NCBI GenBank assembly: GCA_902465155.1
Contig: CABQLY010000011.1
Coordinates: 1,483-65,482 of the forward strand
Direction: 5' to 3'
Length of the DNA: 64,000 nt
DNA from: an uncultured Oscillospiraceae bacterium
GTDB taxonomy: Bacteria; Bacillota; Clostridia; Oscillospirales; Acutalibacteraceae
A program made the translations under genes and the position numbers. Position 1 is the first letter of the stretch, and the number at the start of each line of letters is the position of its first letter. Under the pieces are notes generated by a model. The model was not told the origin of the DNA. It worked only from the letters and a program-made list of their open reading frames with translations, and did no database searches. This document shows positions 43,951-54,900 of this stretch, piece after piece.

Positions 43951-45353
43951 GCGCGGGGCAAAAATCGGCAACCTTTTACGCGGTTTACACGGCGCAGGTG
44001 CTGGGTGCGGCCAGTAAGCGGTTAGAACTGGTTTTAGAGCAGTATAAAACGCTGGAGGCCTTTTACCGCGCCACGCCGGAGGAATGTAGGCGGTTAGGGC
44101 TGTTAAGCAGCGCCCAATTGGCACGCAAAAAATCTTTGAGCGACGAAAATATTCTTGAAATTCTGCGCTATTGTGAATATAATAACATCAGGGTGTTAAC
44201 CCGCGAGAGCGCCGAGTTTATTTACCGCCTGCGGGCTATTGAGTTCCCGCCGCTGGTGCTTTACGCCCGCGGTAAACCGTTAAAGGATTTGCCGGCCGTT
44301 GGCATTGTTGGCACCCGCCACCCTACCGAGTTTGGCTGTAAATCGGCCTATTCGTTAGCGGCAAGGCTTAGCCTTTCGGGCTTTACGGTTGTTTCGGGCG
44401 GGGCCCTTGGGGTAGATACAATGGCGCACTACGGCGCCTTAAACGCCGGCGGCCAAACCGTTATGGTGTTGGGCTGCGGGCACGATAGCCGGTACCTAAC
44501 CGTTCAAAACCGGCTGCGCCGTAAGGCAGAGCAAAACGGCACCGTATTAAGCGAGCTGCCGCCAAAAACAATGCCCTCGCGCTACACCTTTCCTATTCGC
44601 AACCGCATAATTTCGGCCTTGAGCGACTGTGTTGCCGTGGTAGAGGCCGGGGAGCGCAGCGGCGCTTTAATTACGGCGGGCTACGCCATGGAGCAGGGGC
44701 GCGAGCTGTTTGCCGTTCCGGGGAATATTGGCGTTTCGCAGTATCAGGGCAGTAATGTGCTGATACGCGACGGTGCCATTCCCTTAATTTCGGCCGACGA
44801 TATTGTACAAACCTACGCTCCCGTTTACAACGAAATTCACCCTTCGGCCAAGCTGAGCCCGGCCATAAAGCAGGGCTATTACCGGGTAGAAAACGCCTAC
44901 CGCGCCTATTTAAGCTTTACCCCGCAGCGGGCCCAAAAGGGCGCGCCCCGTGGGGCTAAGCCCAACGCCCCTGCCGCGCAAAGCAGCCCCGAAAAGGCCA
45001 ACCGCTTTGCCAATCCCGGCGGCGAGCAGGCAACCCCCTTGCCGCAAAAGGGCCCCGCAAACCCAAAAGGCCCCCAGCCGCCAAACGCTTTAAAGCAAGA
45101 AAAAAGCGCCCAGCCCCAAAACGGGCCCGCTTTAACGGCGCAGCCGGTAGGGCGCGTAGCGGTGCCGCCGGGCCTGTCGCACGCGGCGGGGGCAGTGCTT
45201 TCGGCCTTTCAAAACCGGGTGGAGCTAACAGATGTATTAGGCGAACGCGCCGGTGTAAAGGGCAGCGAGCTAATTATTGCGCTCAGCGAGCTGGAGCTTA
45301 TGGGCTGTATTCGCGCGGTTCCCGTTGGGCAGTACGAGCTGTTAGAACAATAA
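43947..45353 (+). CDS. dprA: DNA-processing protein DprA (Smf) with a long Pro/Ala/Gln-rich insertion before the C-terminal domain
   Basis: GIVGTRHPTEFG...VVSGGALGVDTMAH...RNRIISALS...VEAGERSGALITA. The low-complexity segment falls at about 44920-45170. ATGA overlap with the upstream gene. Confidence 0.85.
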   Translation: MSAGQKSATFYAVYTAQVLGAASKRLELVLEQYKTLEAFYRATPEECRRLGLLSSAQLARKKSLSDENILEILRYCEYNNIRVLTRESAEFIYRLRAIEFPPLVLYARGKPLKDLPAVGIVGTRHPTEFGCKSAYSLAARLSLSGFTVVSGGALGVDTMAHYGALNAGGQTVMVLGCGHDSRYLTVQNRLRRKAEQNGTVLSELPPKTMPSRYTFPIRNRIISALSDCVAVVEAGERSGALITAGYAMEQGRELFAVPGNIGVSQYQGSNVLIRDGAIPLISADDIVQTYAPVYNEIHPSAKLSPAIKQGYYRVENAYRAYLSFTPQRAQKGAPRGAKPNAPAAQSSPEKANRFANPGGEQATPLPQKGPANPKGPQPPNALKQEKSAQPQNGPALTAQPVGRVAVPPGLSHAAGAVLSAFQNRVELTDVLGERAGVKGSELIIALSELELMGCIRAVPVGQYELLEQ

Positions 45354-45438
45354 AGCCTTTTAAATTGCCTTATAATAAACATTAAGTTTTTTATGAATAG
45401 ATTGTGCCGGCGGCGTGCGCCGGCCGTAAACCGAAAGG

Positions 45439-47598
45439 ATGGTTATTGCTTTGTCCAAACTAATTATTGTAGAGTCCCCCTCTAAAATTAAAAGCATTAA
45501 AAAATATTTGGGCAGCGGGTATCAGGTCATGGCCTCTAAGGGTCATGTTCGCGACCTGCCAAAATCTAAAATCGGGGTAGATTTTGAGCACAATTTTGAG
45601 CCGAAATATATGAACATGGCCGATAAAAAAGAGGTTATTTCCGAGCTGCGCGCGGCCGCCAAAAAGGCCGACAAGGTTTACCTTGCCACCGACCCGGACC
45701 GGGAGGGCGAGGCGATCTCTTGGCATTTGGCCCACCTTTTGGGGCTGGACCCGGCCGAAAAAAACCGCGTCTGCTTTAACGAAATTACCAAAAGCGGCGT
45801 AACCGCCGGTATGAAGCAGCCGCGCGCGTTAGATATGAACCTGGTAGACGCCCAGCAGGCGCGCCGGGTGTTAGACCGCATTGTGGGCTACGAGCTAAGC
45901 CCTTTTTTGTGGAAAAAGGTAAAGCGCGGGCTTTCGGCCGGTCGGGTGCAGTCGGTTGCGCTGCGCCTAATTGTAGATAGAGAGCGGGAGATTGAAGCCT
46001 TTAAGCCCGAGGAATATTGGACCGTTGACGGCACCTTTTTAAAGGGCGAAAAAGCCTTTACCGCTCATTTTTACGGCACAGCCGCCGGCAAAAAGCTGGC
46101 CTTACAAAACGGGGAACAAACAAGCAAGGTTGTAGCCGAGCTAAAAACCGCAGATTTTCGCGTTGCCACGGTTAAAGAAAAACAAAAAAGGGTGCAGCCG
46201 GCGCCCCCGTTTACAACCTCTACCCTGCAGCAGGAGGCCGCCCGTAAGCTTAATTTTACCGGCCAACGCACTATGATGGTTGCGCAGCAGCTGTACGAGG
46301 GCGTTGAGCTGGAGGGGCTTGGCGTTACGGGTTTAATTACCTACATGAGAACCGATTCTTTGCGCATTTCGGAGGAGGCCCGCGCCGCTGCCGCCAGCTA
46401 CATTACCGAAACCTACGGGCAAAATTACCTGCCCGAAAAACCGCGGTATTTTAAAAGCAAAGCCTCGGCGCAGGACGCGCACGAGGCCATTCGCCCTACT
46501 ATGATAGACCTTTCGCCCGAGCGGGTAAAGGGGGCGCTGAACCGCGATCAGCTTGCGCTGTACCGGTTAATTTGGTCCCGCTTTATTGCCAGCTTAATGG
46601 CGGTTAGTCTTTACGAGGTTACAACGGTTGAAATTGCCTCGCAAAACTATTTGTTTAAGGCCAGCGATACCAAGCAGGTGTTTAACGGCTACACCGTTTT
46701 GTACCAAGAGGGGCGGGATGATGATGAGGATGAAAAAACCGACGCGCTGCCGCCCCTTTCCGAGGGCGACGCCGTTGCCCCCAGGGACTTTGAACCCAAG
46801 CAGCATTTTACCCAGCCGCCCGCCCGTTACAGCGAGCCAACTTTAATTAAAGCGCTGGATGAAAACGGAATTGGCCGCCCCTCTACCTACGCACCAATTA
46901 TTAGCAACATTTTAAACCGTGCGTATATTGAGCGGCAGCAAAAGGCGCTGGTGCCTACGCCGCTGGGCAAGGTTATTACCGACCTAATGCAAGATTATTT
47001 TGAAAAAATTGTAGATGTTAAATTTACCGCCGGAATGGAAGAAAGTTTAGATAAGGTTGAAAAGGGTACCCTGCCCTGGAAAACCATTATTGCCGGATTT
47101 TACACCGACTTTGAAAACGACCTGCACGCGGCCGAAACCGCATTGGAGGGCAAACGCATTAAAGTTCCGGAGGTTGAAACCGACGAAAAATGCGAGCTTT
47201 GCGGCCGCAATTTAGTGGTGCGCAGCGGCCGGTTTGGCAAGTTTTTGGCCTGCCCCGGGTTCCCCGAGTGTTCGTTCACCAAACCGCTGCCCGAAAACGA
47301 GGTAAAAGAGCCTTGCCCCAAGTGCGGGGCCAAGCTGCTAAAGCGGCGCTCTAAAAAGGGTAAAACCTTTTACGCCTGCTCGGCTTATCCGGCGTGCGAT
47401 TTTGCCGCACCGGGTATTCCCACCGGGGAGGTTTGCCCCGAATGTGGCAGCTACCTGGTAAAGGGGCTGCGCGGCCGAACCTATTGCTTGAACGCCGAAT
47501 GCCCCACCCGTAAGGAGACGGCTAAAAAGGCCAAAGCAACCAAAGCCAAAGGGGCTGCCAAGGGCAAAAAAAGCAGCAAGGCAAGCACAAAAAAGTAA
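45439..47598 (+). CDS. topA: DNA topoisomerase I
   Basis: 719 aa. Toprim domain (LIIVESPSKIKSI...ATDPDREGEAISWH), an active-site region with Tyr, three C4 zinc ribbons and a Lys-rich tail. The exact start is uncertain: the ATG at 45439 abuts the SD. Confidence 0.95.
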   Translation: MVIALSKLIIVESPSKIKSIKKYLGSGYQVMASKGHVRDLPKSKIGVDFEHNFEPKYMNMADKKEVISELRAAAKKADKVYLATDPDREGEAISWHLAHLLGLDPAEKNRVCFNEITKSGVTAGMKQPRALDMNLVDAQQARRVLDRIVGYELSPFLWKKVKRGLSAGRVQSVALRLIVDREREIEAFKPEEYWTVDGTFLKGEKAFTAHFYGTAAGKKLALQNGEQTSKVVAELKTADFRVATVKEKQKRVQPAPPFTTSTLQQEAARKLNFTGQRTMMVAQQLYEGVELEGLGVTGLITYMRTDSLRISEEARAAAASYITETYGQNYLPEKPRYFKSKASAQDAHEAIRPTMIDLSPERVKGALNRDQLALYRLIWSRFIASLMAVSLYEVTTVEIASQNYLFKASDTKQVFNGYTVLYQEGRDDDEDEKTDALPPLSEGDAVAPRDFEPKQHFTQPPARYSEPTLIKALDENGIGRPSTYAPIISNILNRAYIERQQKALVPTPLGKVITDLMQDYFEKIVDVKFTAGMEESLDKVEKGTLPWKTIIAGFYTDFENDLHAAETALEGKRIKVPEVETDEKCELCGRNLVVRSGRFGKFLACPGFPECSFTKPLPENEVKEPCPKCGAKLLKRRSKKGKTFYACSAYPACDFAAPGIPTGEVCPECGSYLVKGLRGRTYCLNAECPTRKETAKKAKATKAKGAAKGKKSSKASTKK

Positions 47599-47721
47599 AG
47601 GAATAACGGCTGCGTGCGGCAGGTTAAGCCGCACGCGTTAGGCAAGGGTTAACCCCCCGCACGGCGTTTTAAGCCTGCCGTTTTAATAAAGCTCGGGCAG
47701 GCAGTGCCCGTTAGGTGAAGT

Positions 47722-49044
47722 ATGAATTTTAATATAACTGTAATTGGCGCGGGGCTGGCCGGGTGCGAGGCCGCCTGGGCCGCCGCAAACCGCGGGCTAA
47801 AGGTGCAGCTGCTGGAGATGAAGCCGGCGCAAAAAACCCCGGCCCACAAAAGCAATTTGTTTGCCGAGCTGGTTTGCTCTAACTCTTTAAAAGCGTTTCG
47901 CTTAGCCTCGGCCGCCGGGCTGCTAAAGGCCGAAATGCGGCTGCTTGGCAGCCTTTGCTTAACGGCGGCCGAAACCTGTACCGTACCGGCCGGCGGCGCG
48001 CTGGCGGTAGAACGCAACGCCTTTTCGGCCTATATTACCCAAAAAATTAAATCGCACCCAAACATAACGGTGCGGCAGCAAACGGTTACCAGCCTGCCGC
48101 AGCAGGGGGTTACGGTTGTGGCAACCGGCCCGTTAACCGAGGGCGCCTTAGCGGCCGACATTGCCCGCCTTACCGGGCAGGAGTACTTAAACTTTTACGA
48201 CGCCGCCGCCCCCATTGTTAGCTTTGAAAGCGTAGATATGGGTGAGGCTTTTTTTGCCAGCCGCTACGGCAAGGGCAACGGGGACGATTACATTAATTGC
48301 CCGCTGGATAAAGCGCAGTATACTGCCTTTCGGCAGGAGCTGGTTACCGCCGAGCGAGCCTTGTTGCACGATTTTGAAAAAAAGCGCGAAATTTACGAGG
48401 GCTGCATGCCAATAGAGGTGCTGGCTGCCCGGGGCGAGGACGCCATTCGCTTTGGCCCTATGAAGCCGGTTGGCCTTACCAACCCGGCTACCGGTCACCG
48501 ACCCTGGGCCGTTTTGCAATTGCGGCGGGAGGACCCGGCCGGCAATATGTACAACTTAGTTGGTTTTCAAACAAACCTAAAATTTGGCGAGCAAAAGCGG
48601 GTATTTTCTATGATCCCCGCCCTAAAAAACGCCGAGTTTTTACGCTACGGCGTTATGCACCGCAACAGCTTTATTCAGTCGCCAAAGCTGTTGGCGCCAA
48701 ACCTGGCGCTGCGGCAAAACGGCAATGTGTTTTTTGCCGGCCAGCTTTCGGGGGTTGAGGGGTATATGGAATCGGCAGCAAGCGGCATTTTGTGCGGTAT
48801 AAACGCCGCTGCCAAGGTGCTGGGCAAGCCGCCGCTTATTTTGCCGCAAAGCACTATGATCGGCGCGCTGCTGCATTACATTACCACCCCGCGCGAGGAC
48901 CGGTTTGAGCCTATGGGTGCCAATTTTGGCATTTTGCCAAAGCCGGCCGAGCGCATTAAAAATAAAACCGAACGGTATACCGTGGTGGCCGAACAGGCTT
49001 TAGCTGAATTAAAGCAGGCGCTGAAAGGAGAACAACTGGTATGA
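47722..49044 (+). CDS. trmFO: Methylenetetrahydrofolate--tRNA-(uracil54-C5)-methyltransferase TrmFO
   Basis: 440 aa. VIGAGLAGCEAAW..., ELVCSNS..., GQLSGVEGYMESAASG. Confidence 0.95.
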   Translation: MNFNITVIGAGLAGCEAAWAAANRGLKVQLLEMKPAQKTPAHKSNLFAELVCSNSLKAFRLASAAGLLKAEMRLLGSLCLTAAETCTVPAGGALAVERNAFSAYITQKIKSHPNITVRQQTVTSLPQQGVTVVATGPLTEGALAADIARLTGQEYLNFYDAAAPIVSFESVDMGEAFFASRYGKGNGDDYINCPLDKAQYTAFRQELVTAERALLHDFEKKREIYEGCMPIEVLAARGEDAIRFGPMKPVGLTNPATGHRPWAVLQLRREDPAGNMYNLVGFQTNLKFGEQKRVFSMIPALKNAEFLRYGVMHRNSFIQSPKLLAPNLALRQNGNVFFAGQLSGVEGYMESAASGILCGINAAAKVLGKPPLILPQSTMIGALLHYITTPREDRFEPMGANFGILPKPAERIKNKTERYTVVAEQALAELKQALKGEQLV

Positions 49045-50054
49045 AAATTATTGTAGACGCTTTTGGTGGAGATCACGCACCGCTGGCCATATTACAAGGG
49101 GCCGAGCTTGCGGTGAAGGAATACGGTGTGGAAATTCTTTTGGCAGGGTCGGAGCAAAAAATTAAGCAATGCGCGGCGCAAAACGGGGTAGATTTAACCA
49201 ACATGACCATTTTACCGGCCGAGGAGGTTATTTCTATGCACGACGACCCCACCGCCGTTGTAAAAACCAAAAAGCAAAGCTCTATGGCCGTGGGCCTGCG
49301 CGCCCTGGCCGAGGGGGAGGGCGACGCCTTTGTAAGCGCCGGCAGCACCGGTGCGCTGGTGGTAGGCGGCTCTATGCTGGTTAAGCGCATTAAAGGGGTA
49401 AAGCGGGTGGCGCTGGCCTCGGTTATTCCGGGCAAAAACAACCGCTTTTTAATGCTGGATATTGGCGCCAACGCCGAGTGCCGGCCCGAAATGCTGCAGC
49501 AGTTTGGCATTATGGGCAGCATTTACGCCAAGCAGGTTTTAGGGCTTAAAAACCCCACTGTTGGCTTGTTAAATATTGGGGCCGAGGAAACCAAGGGCAC
49601 CGAAATGCACCGCGAGGCCTACCGCCTGCTGCAGCAGGCCCCGGTAAACTTTAAAGGCAATGTAGAATCCCGCGAGCTGCCGTTGGGGAATACCGATGTA
49701 GTGGTATCCGACGGGTTTACCGGCAACATTGCCCTAAAGCTTATAGAGGGCGTTAGCGGCACCATGTTTTCTATGATTAAAAGTGTGCTGAAAAAAAGCG
49801 TGCTTACAAAATTCGCCGCTTTGCTGCTTAAAAAGGGATTGTACGAAATGAAGGCAAAGTCCGATTACACCGAGGTGGGCGGCGCCCCGCTGCTGGGCAC
49901 CCGCAAGCCGGTAATTAAGGCGCACGGCTCCTCTAACGCGCAGGCCATTAAAAATGCCATTCGCGTGGCGGCAACCTTTGCCGAAAAAAATGTTATTGGC
50001 CAAATTTCGGGGGACCTTGCAACGCTGGCAGACCCGGCCGGAGAGGAAGCTTAA
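49041..50054 (+). CDS. plsX: Phosphate acyltransferase PlsX
   Basis: 337 aa. MKIIVDAFGGDHAP...SAGSTGAL...DGFTGNIALK. ATGA overlap with trmFO. Confidence 0.95.
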   Translation: MKIIVDAFGGDHAPLAILQGAELAVKEYGVEILLAGSEQKIKQCAAQNGVDLTNMTILPAEEVISMHDDPTAVVKTKKQSSMAVGLRALAEGEGDAFVSAGSTGALVVGGSMLVKRIKGVKRVALASVIPGKNNRFLMLDIGANAECRPEMLQQFGIMGSIYAKQVLGLKNPTVGLLNIGAEETKGTEMHREAYRLLQQAPVNFKGNVESRELPLGNTDVVVSDGFTGNIALKLIEGVSGTMFSMIKSVLKKSVLTKFAALLLKKGLYEMKAKSDYTEVGGAPLLGTRKPVIKAHGSSNAQAIKNAIRVAATFAEKNVIGQISGDLATLADPAGEEA

Positions 50055-50060
50055 AAGCCC

Positions 50061-50738
50061 ATGGAAGCGTTTGAAAAAATTTTAAACTACACCTTTAAAA
50101 ACAAAGAGCTGTTAGAAACCGCGCTAACCCACTCTTCCTACGCTAATGAGCAGCGGGGAGGCGCTGTGTGCAACGAGCGGCTGGAATTTTTGGGCGACTC
50201 GGTGCTTTCGATTATTGTTTCAGATTATTTATACAACAACTTTTCCCTGCCGGAGGGGCGGCTAACAAAACTGCGTGCCTCTTTGGTGTGCGAAAAAACG
50301 CTGTGCCGGTTTTCCCGCAGCTTGCAGGTGGGGCAGTTTTTAAAATTAGGACGCGGCGAGCGCGCCACCGGCGGCGCGGACAGAGATTCGCTGCTGGCCG
50401 ACGCGTTTGAGGCCATTTTGGCCGCCATTTACTTAGACGGCGGCATGGAGCCGGCCAAAAAGCATGTCATGCGTTTTGTGCTGGAGGAGCTGCGCCACAT
50501 GGAGCACGAAAATTTTAAAGACTACAAAACCGAGCTGCAAGAGGTTATTCAACGCAACCCGGAGGAAAATTTGCACTATGTGCTAACCGGGCAATCCGGC
50601 CCCGACCACAACAAGCAATTTACGGTAGAGGTTCGGCTCAACTCTAATGTTATTGGCGTTGGCACCGGGCACAGTAAAAAGGCGGCCGAACAGGCTGCGG
50701 CTTGTAAGGCACTGGAGCTTATGGGGATTCGGATATGA
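50061..50738 (+). CDS. rnc: Ribonuclease III
   Basis: 225 aa. NERLEFLGDSVL signature, DAFEAILAAIYLDGG, and a dsRBD at the C-terminus. Confidence 0.95.
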   Translation: MEAFEKILNYTFKNKELLETALTHSSYANEQRGGAVCNERLEFLGDSVLSIIVSDYLYNNFSLPEGRLTKLRASLVCEKTLCRFSRSLQVGQFLKLGRGERATGGADRDSLLADAFEAILAAIYLDGGMEPAKKHVMRFVLEELRHMEHENFKDYKTELQEVIQRNPEENLHYVLTGQSGPDHNKQFTVEVRLNSNVIGVGTGHSKKAAEQAAACKALELMGIRI

Positions 50739-51733
50739 GCGGCCGGCACGCCAATATTTCTATATTTGTTCCGCATATAGGCTGCACTTACCGGTGCAGC
50801 TTTTGCAATCAATACGCCATTACGGCCCAAACCGGCCGCCCCGAGCCAAGCCAGGTGGCCGCCGCCGTTCGGGCAGCCCAAAAAAGCCCGCATTACAACC
50901 CCAAAACAACCGAGCTGGCCTTTTTTGGCGGCAGCTTTACAGCCATTGAGCCTAATTATATGCAAAGCCTGCTGGCAGCGGCTCAGCAGCCGCTAAAAAA
51001 CGGGGAAATTTGCGGCATACGCCTTTCTACACGGCCGGACGCCGTGCCCGAATCTACCCTGGCGCTGTTAAAACACTACGGCGTTACAGCTATTGAGCTG
51101 GGCTGCCAAAGCCTGCAAAACCGGGTGTTGCAGTTAAATCACCGCGGTCACACGGCCGAAGATACCGTTATGGCCGCCAAAAGGGTGAAAGATTTTGGGT
51201 TTGAACTTGGCCTGCAAATGATGACCGGATTGTACGGCGACACCGACGAAGGCGCGCTGGATACCGCGCAAAAAATTGTGGCGCTAAGCCCTAAAACCGT
51301 GCGTATTTACCCGGCGCTGGTGTTAAAAAACACCCTGCTTGCAAAGCTTTTGCAAAGCGGCGCCTACCAGCCCCAAAGCTTAGAGCAGGCCGTTGCGCTT
51401 ACGGCGCAGCTGCTGCAGCTTTTTGAGCAAAACGGCATTACGGTTATTCGCACCGGGCTGCACACGGTAGAAAAGGGCAGCCTGTTGGCCGGTCCGTGGC
51501 ACCCTGCGTTTGGCGAGCTTTGCGCCGCAAGGGTAATGCGGCAAAAGGTGCTGCGGCTGCTGCAAGCACAGAATATTGCGCCGGGCAATGTTACTGTTAC
51601 GGTGCCGGTTGGCAGCCTTTCTAAAATGCTGGGCCAACGGAAAGAGAATATTGAATTTTTTAGGCAAATGGGTTATAATGTTTTTGTGTTGGAAAAACCA
51701 AACAGCAAATTTTTAGTTGCGCCGGGCCGGTAG
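50735..51733 (+). CDS. Radical SAM protein (ELP3/YhcC-like) commonly found between rnc and smc in Clostridia
   Basis: 332 aa. ISIFVPHIGCTYRCSFCNQ contains the CX3CX2C motif. ATGA overlap with rnc. Confidence 0.75.
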   Translation: MSGRHANISIFVPHIGCTYRCSFCNQYAITAQTGRPEPSQVAAAVRAAQKSPHYNPKTTELAFFGGSFTAIEPNYMQSLLAAAQQPLKNGEICGIRLSTRPDAVPESTLALLKHYGVTAIELGCQSLQNRVLQLNHRGHTAEDTVMAAKRVKDFGFELGLQMMTGLYGDTDEGALDTAQKIVALSPKTVRIYPALVLKNTLLAKLLQSGAYQPQSLEQAVALTAQLLQLFEQNGITVIRTGLHTVEKGSLLAGPWHPAFGELCAARVMRQKVLRLLQAQNIAPGNVTVTVPVGSLSKMLGQRKENIEFFRQMGYNVFVLEKPNSKFLVAPGR

Positions 51734-51955
51734 CCCTTGCCGGCGGCGGCAGACCATTTTGGTCGGCTTGTGCCGGCAGCGGTTTAACGGCAGCAAAATA
51801 AGCTTACACAGTTTAAGCTCGCACGGTTTAAGCTTGCCGAATTGTTAAAGCACGCCGGGCTATTAAGATTTACCGGGCTGCTGTGGCCCTGGAACTGCGC
51901 TTACCGGGCCTAACTGCACGGCAAATACATATTAATTGTTCAAGGAGAAATAACG

Positions 51956-54900
51956 GTGCTCATAAAATCAATAGATATTTTAGGGTTTAAATCTTTTGCA
52001 GATAAAACCACCTTAAAATTCGGCCATGGGCTTACCGCAGTGGTTGGGCCTAACGGCAGCGGAAAAAGTAATGTTTCAGACGCGGTGCGTTGGGTATTGG
52101 GCGAGCAATCTACCAAAAATTTGCGCGGTAACAGCATGGAGGATGTTATTTTTAACGGCACCTCTACCCGCAAGCCGCACGGCTATTGCGAGGTTACCAT
52201 TTATTTTGACAACCACGACCGCAGCTTGAACTACAATGAGGATGAGGTTTCGGTTACCCGGCGGTACTACCGTTCGCACGAAAGCGAGTACCGCATTAAC
52301 GGCAACACGGTTCGCCTGCGGGATATTAACGAATTGTTTATGGATACCGGCCTGGGGCGGGACGGTTATTCTATGATTGGGCAGGGCAAGGTTGACGCCA
52401 TTGTTAGCTCTAAATCTAACGAGCGGCGCGATATTTTTGAGGAGGCCTCGGGCATTTCACGCTACCGCTACCGTAAAATTGACGCGGAGCGCCGCCTGCA
52501 CGCGGCCGATGAAAACCTGCTGCGGCTGAATGACATTATGCAGGAGCTGAAAAGCCGGGTTGGCCCGCTAAAGGAGCAAAGCGCCAAGGCCGAGCGGTTT
52601 TTGGCGCTGGCTGCCGTTAAAAAGGATTTAGAAATTGGCCTGTGGCTAAAAACGCTGGCCGAATCGAAAGAGGCGTTTCGCAATCAGGAAAGCAAAATTG
52701 CCATTGCAACCGGCCAATACGCCGAAATAGAGCGCCAGCTGGCCGATTACGACCAAACCACCCTGCAAAACAGCGCCGAGTTTGCCAAGGCTACGGCAGA
52801 TATTGACCGCACGCGGGACGAAATTGCCGCGCTGGAGGAGGAGTTGGTTCGCACCGACGGGCAAATAGAGGTTATTAAAACCAACATTGCGCACCACCAC
52901 CAAAACGTGGAGCGGCTGAATAACGAAAAAGCCGAGCTGCTGCAATCCAGCGGTTCTAACGCCGAGCTGCTTACCGCTAAAAACGCGGCCATAGCGGCAC
53001 TGGAGCAAAAGCTTGCCTTGCTGCAAAGCAAAACCGAAAAGCTAAGCGCCGAGCTTACCGGGTTAATTTCCGGCAGCGAAAGCGTTTCCAGAAAAATGGA
53101 GGAATTGGCGCTGCAGCTAAATGTAGTGTCCGACGCCGCCTCAAAGCTTAAGGTGCAAAGCGTTACGGCCGAAACCTCGGCCGCCGAGCTGCAAAGCCGC
53201 AGCCAAAGCCTGCAAAAAACGCTTGGCCAAAAGCAGCAGGAAAAACAGCGCCTGAGCGCCGAAATGGCCGAGCTGGAAAAAGACCGCACCCGCTGCGAGG
53301 AGCAGTTAAACTCCGAGCAAAATACCCTTACCGGGTACGAGCTGCGGCTAAATTCCCGCAAGAATGCGGCCGACGCCGAAAAGCAGGAGCTGGATCGCCT
53401 AACCTTAGATATTGGCGAGCAGCAGCGCCGCGCTAAAATTTTAGAGGATCTGCAGCACAGCATGGAGGGCTACCAGTATTCGGTAAAGGCCTGCATGGCT
53501 CAGGCCGAAAAGGGGCTGCTGCACGGTGTTTACGGCCCGGTTTCTACCCTTATTCGGGTGCCGGGGGAGTACACCGTTGCGGTAGAGGTGGCGCTGGGTG
53601 CCGCCGCGCAGAATATTGTGGTGCAGTCTGAGGCCGACGCCAAACAGGCCATTCGCTTTTTAAAAACCAACAACAAGGGCCGGGCAACCTTTTTGCCGGT
53701 TGGCACCATTCGCGCCCGCGTGTTGGAGGAAAAAATCAACACCGAGCAGTACGGCTTTGTTGGCATTGCCAGCGAGCTAATTGATTATGACGAAAAATTT
53801 TCGCCAATTATGCAGTGGCTGTTGGGCCGCACGGTAATTGCCGAGGACTTAGACAGTGCCGCCGTTATTGCCAAAAAGTACGGCTACCGTTTTAAGGTTG
53901 TTACGCTGGACGGCCAGGTGTTAAACCCGGGCGGCTCGTTAACCGGCGGCTCCTTAGGCAAAAACAGCGGGCTGCTTAGCCGCCAAAACGAAATTGAGCG
54001 GCTAAAAAAATCGGCCGAAAGGCTTGCGCAAACGCTAAAACAAAAGCAGACCCTTTTTGAGCAAACAAAGCAGGCCCTTGCAGCCTGCGAGGCCGATGTT
54101 TTAGCGGCACGGGCTGCCGTAACAACCGCGTCGGAGGATAAAATTCGCGTTTTGGGCGAAATTCGGCGTGTTTCGCAGCTGTTGGCCGCCGCGCAGGTAG
54201 AGCTTGCCGCTTTGGAAAAGGAGCAGCAAACCGCCGGTGAGCGGCTGCTTGCCTACCAAAATACGCAAAGCAATTGCGATGCCGAATTAAAAAAGCTGGC
54301 CGAGCAAGAGGGGCAGCTAAAGGCCGAGATGGAGCAGGTTTCCAACGGGCGGGACGAAACTGCCGCCAAGCGCGAGGCCTTAACTGAGCAGCTAACGGCC
54401 CTGCGGTTAGAGCAGGCCGGCCTGCAAAAGGATATTGCCTTAGAGCGCTCGGCCGTGGCGGGGTTAGAGCAATCGGCCCAAAGCCGGGGCGAAAAGGCTG
54501 CGCAAATTGAAAGCGAGGCCGCCGCTTTGGCGCAAACGGTTGCCGGCTTAGAGCAGGCCACCCAGGCGGCCGAGGCGCAAAAGCAAAAAATTAACGCCGA
54601 AATTTTGCAAAAGCGGCAGCAAAGCGAGCAGCTTTTGCAGCAGCGCACCGAAATAGAGGCCGCCTCTACCCGGCTGCGCCAGCAGGAAAAGGACAAAACC
54701 CTGCAGCGCGAAAAAATTAACGGCGAGTTAGAACGCCTGCGTGCGAAAAAGGACGCCATGCAGGAGGAGTTTGACGGCATTATTAAGCGGCTGTACGACG
54801 AATACGAATTAACCCGTACCGAAGCCGAAAACATGAACATTGTTATTGAAAACGCCTTTGAGGCCAAAAAACAGCTGGCCGAAACCAAAAGCAAAATTAA

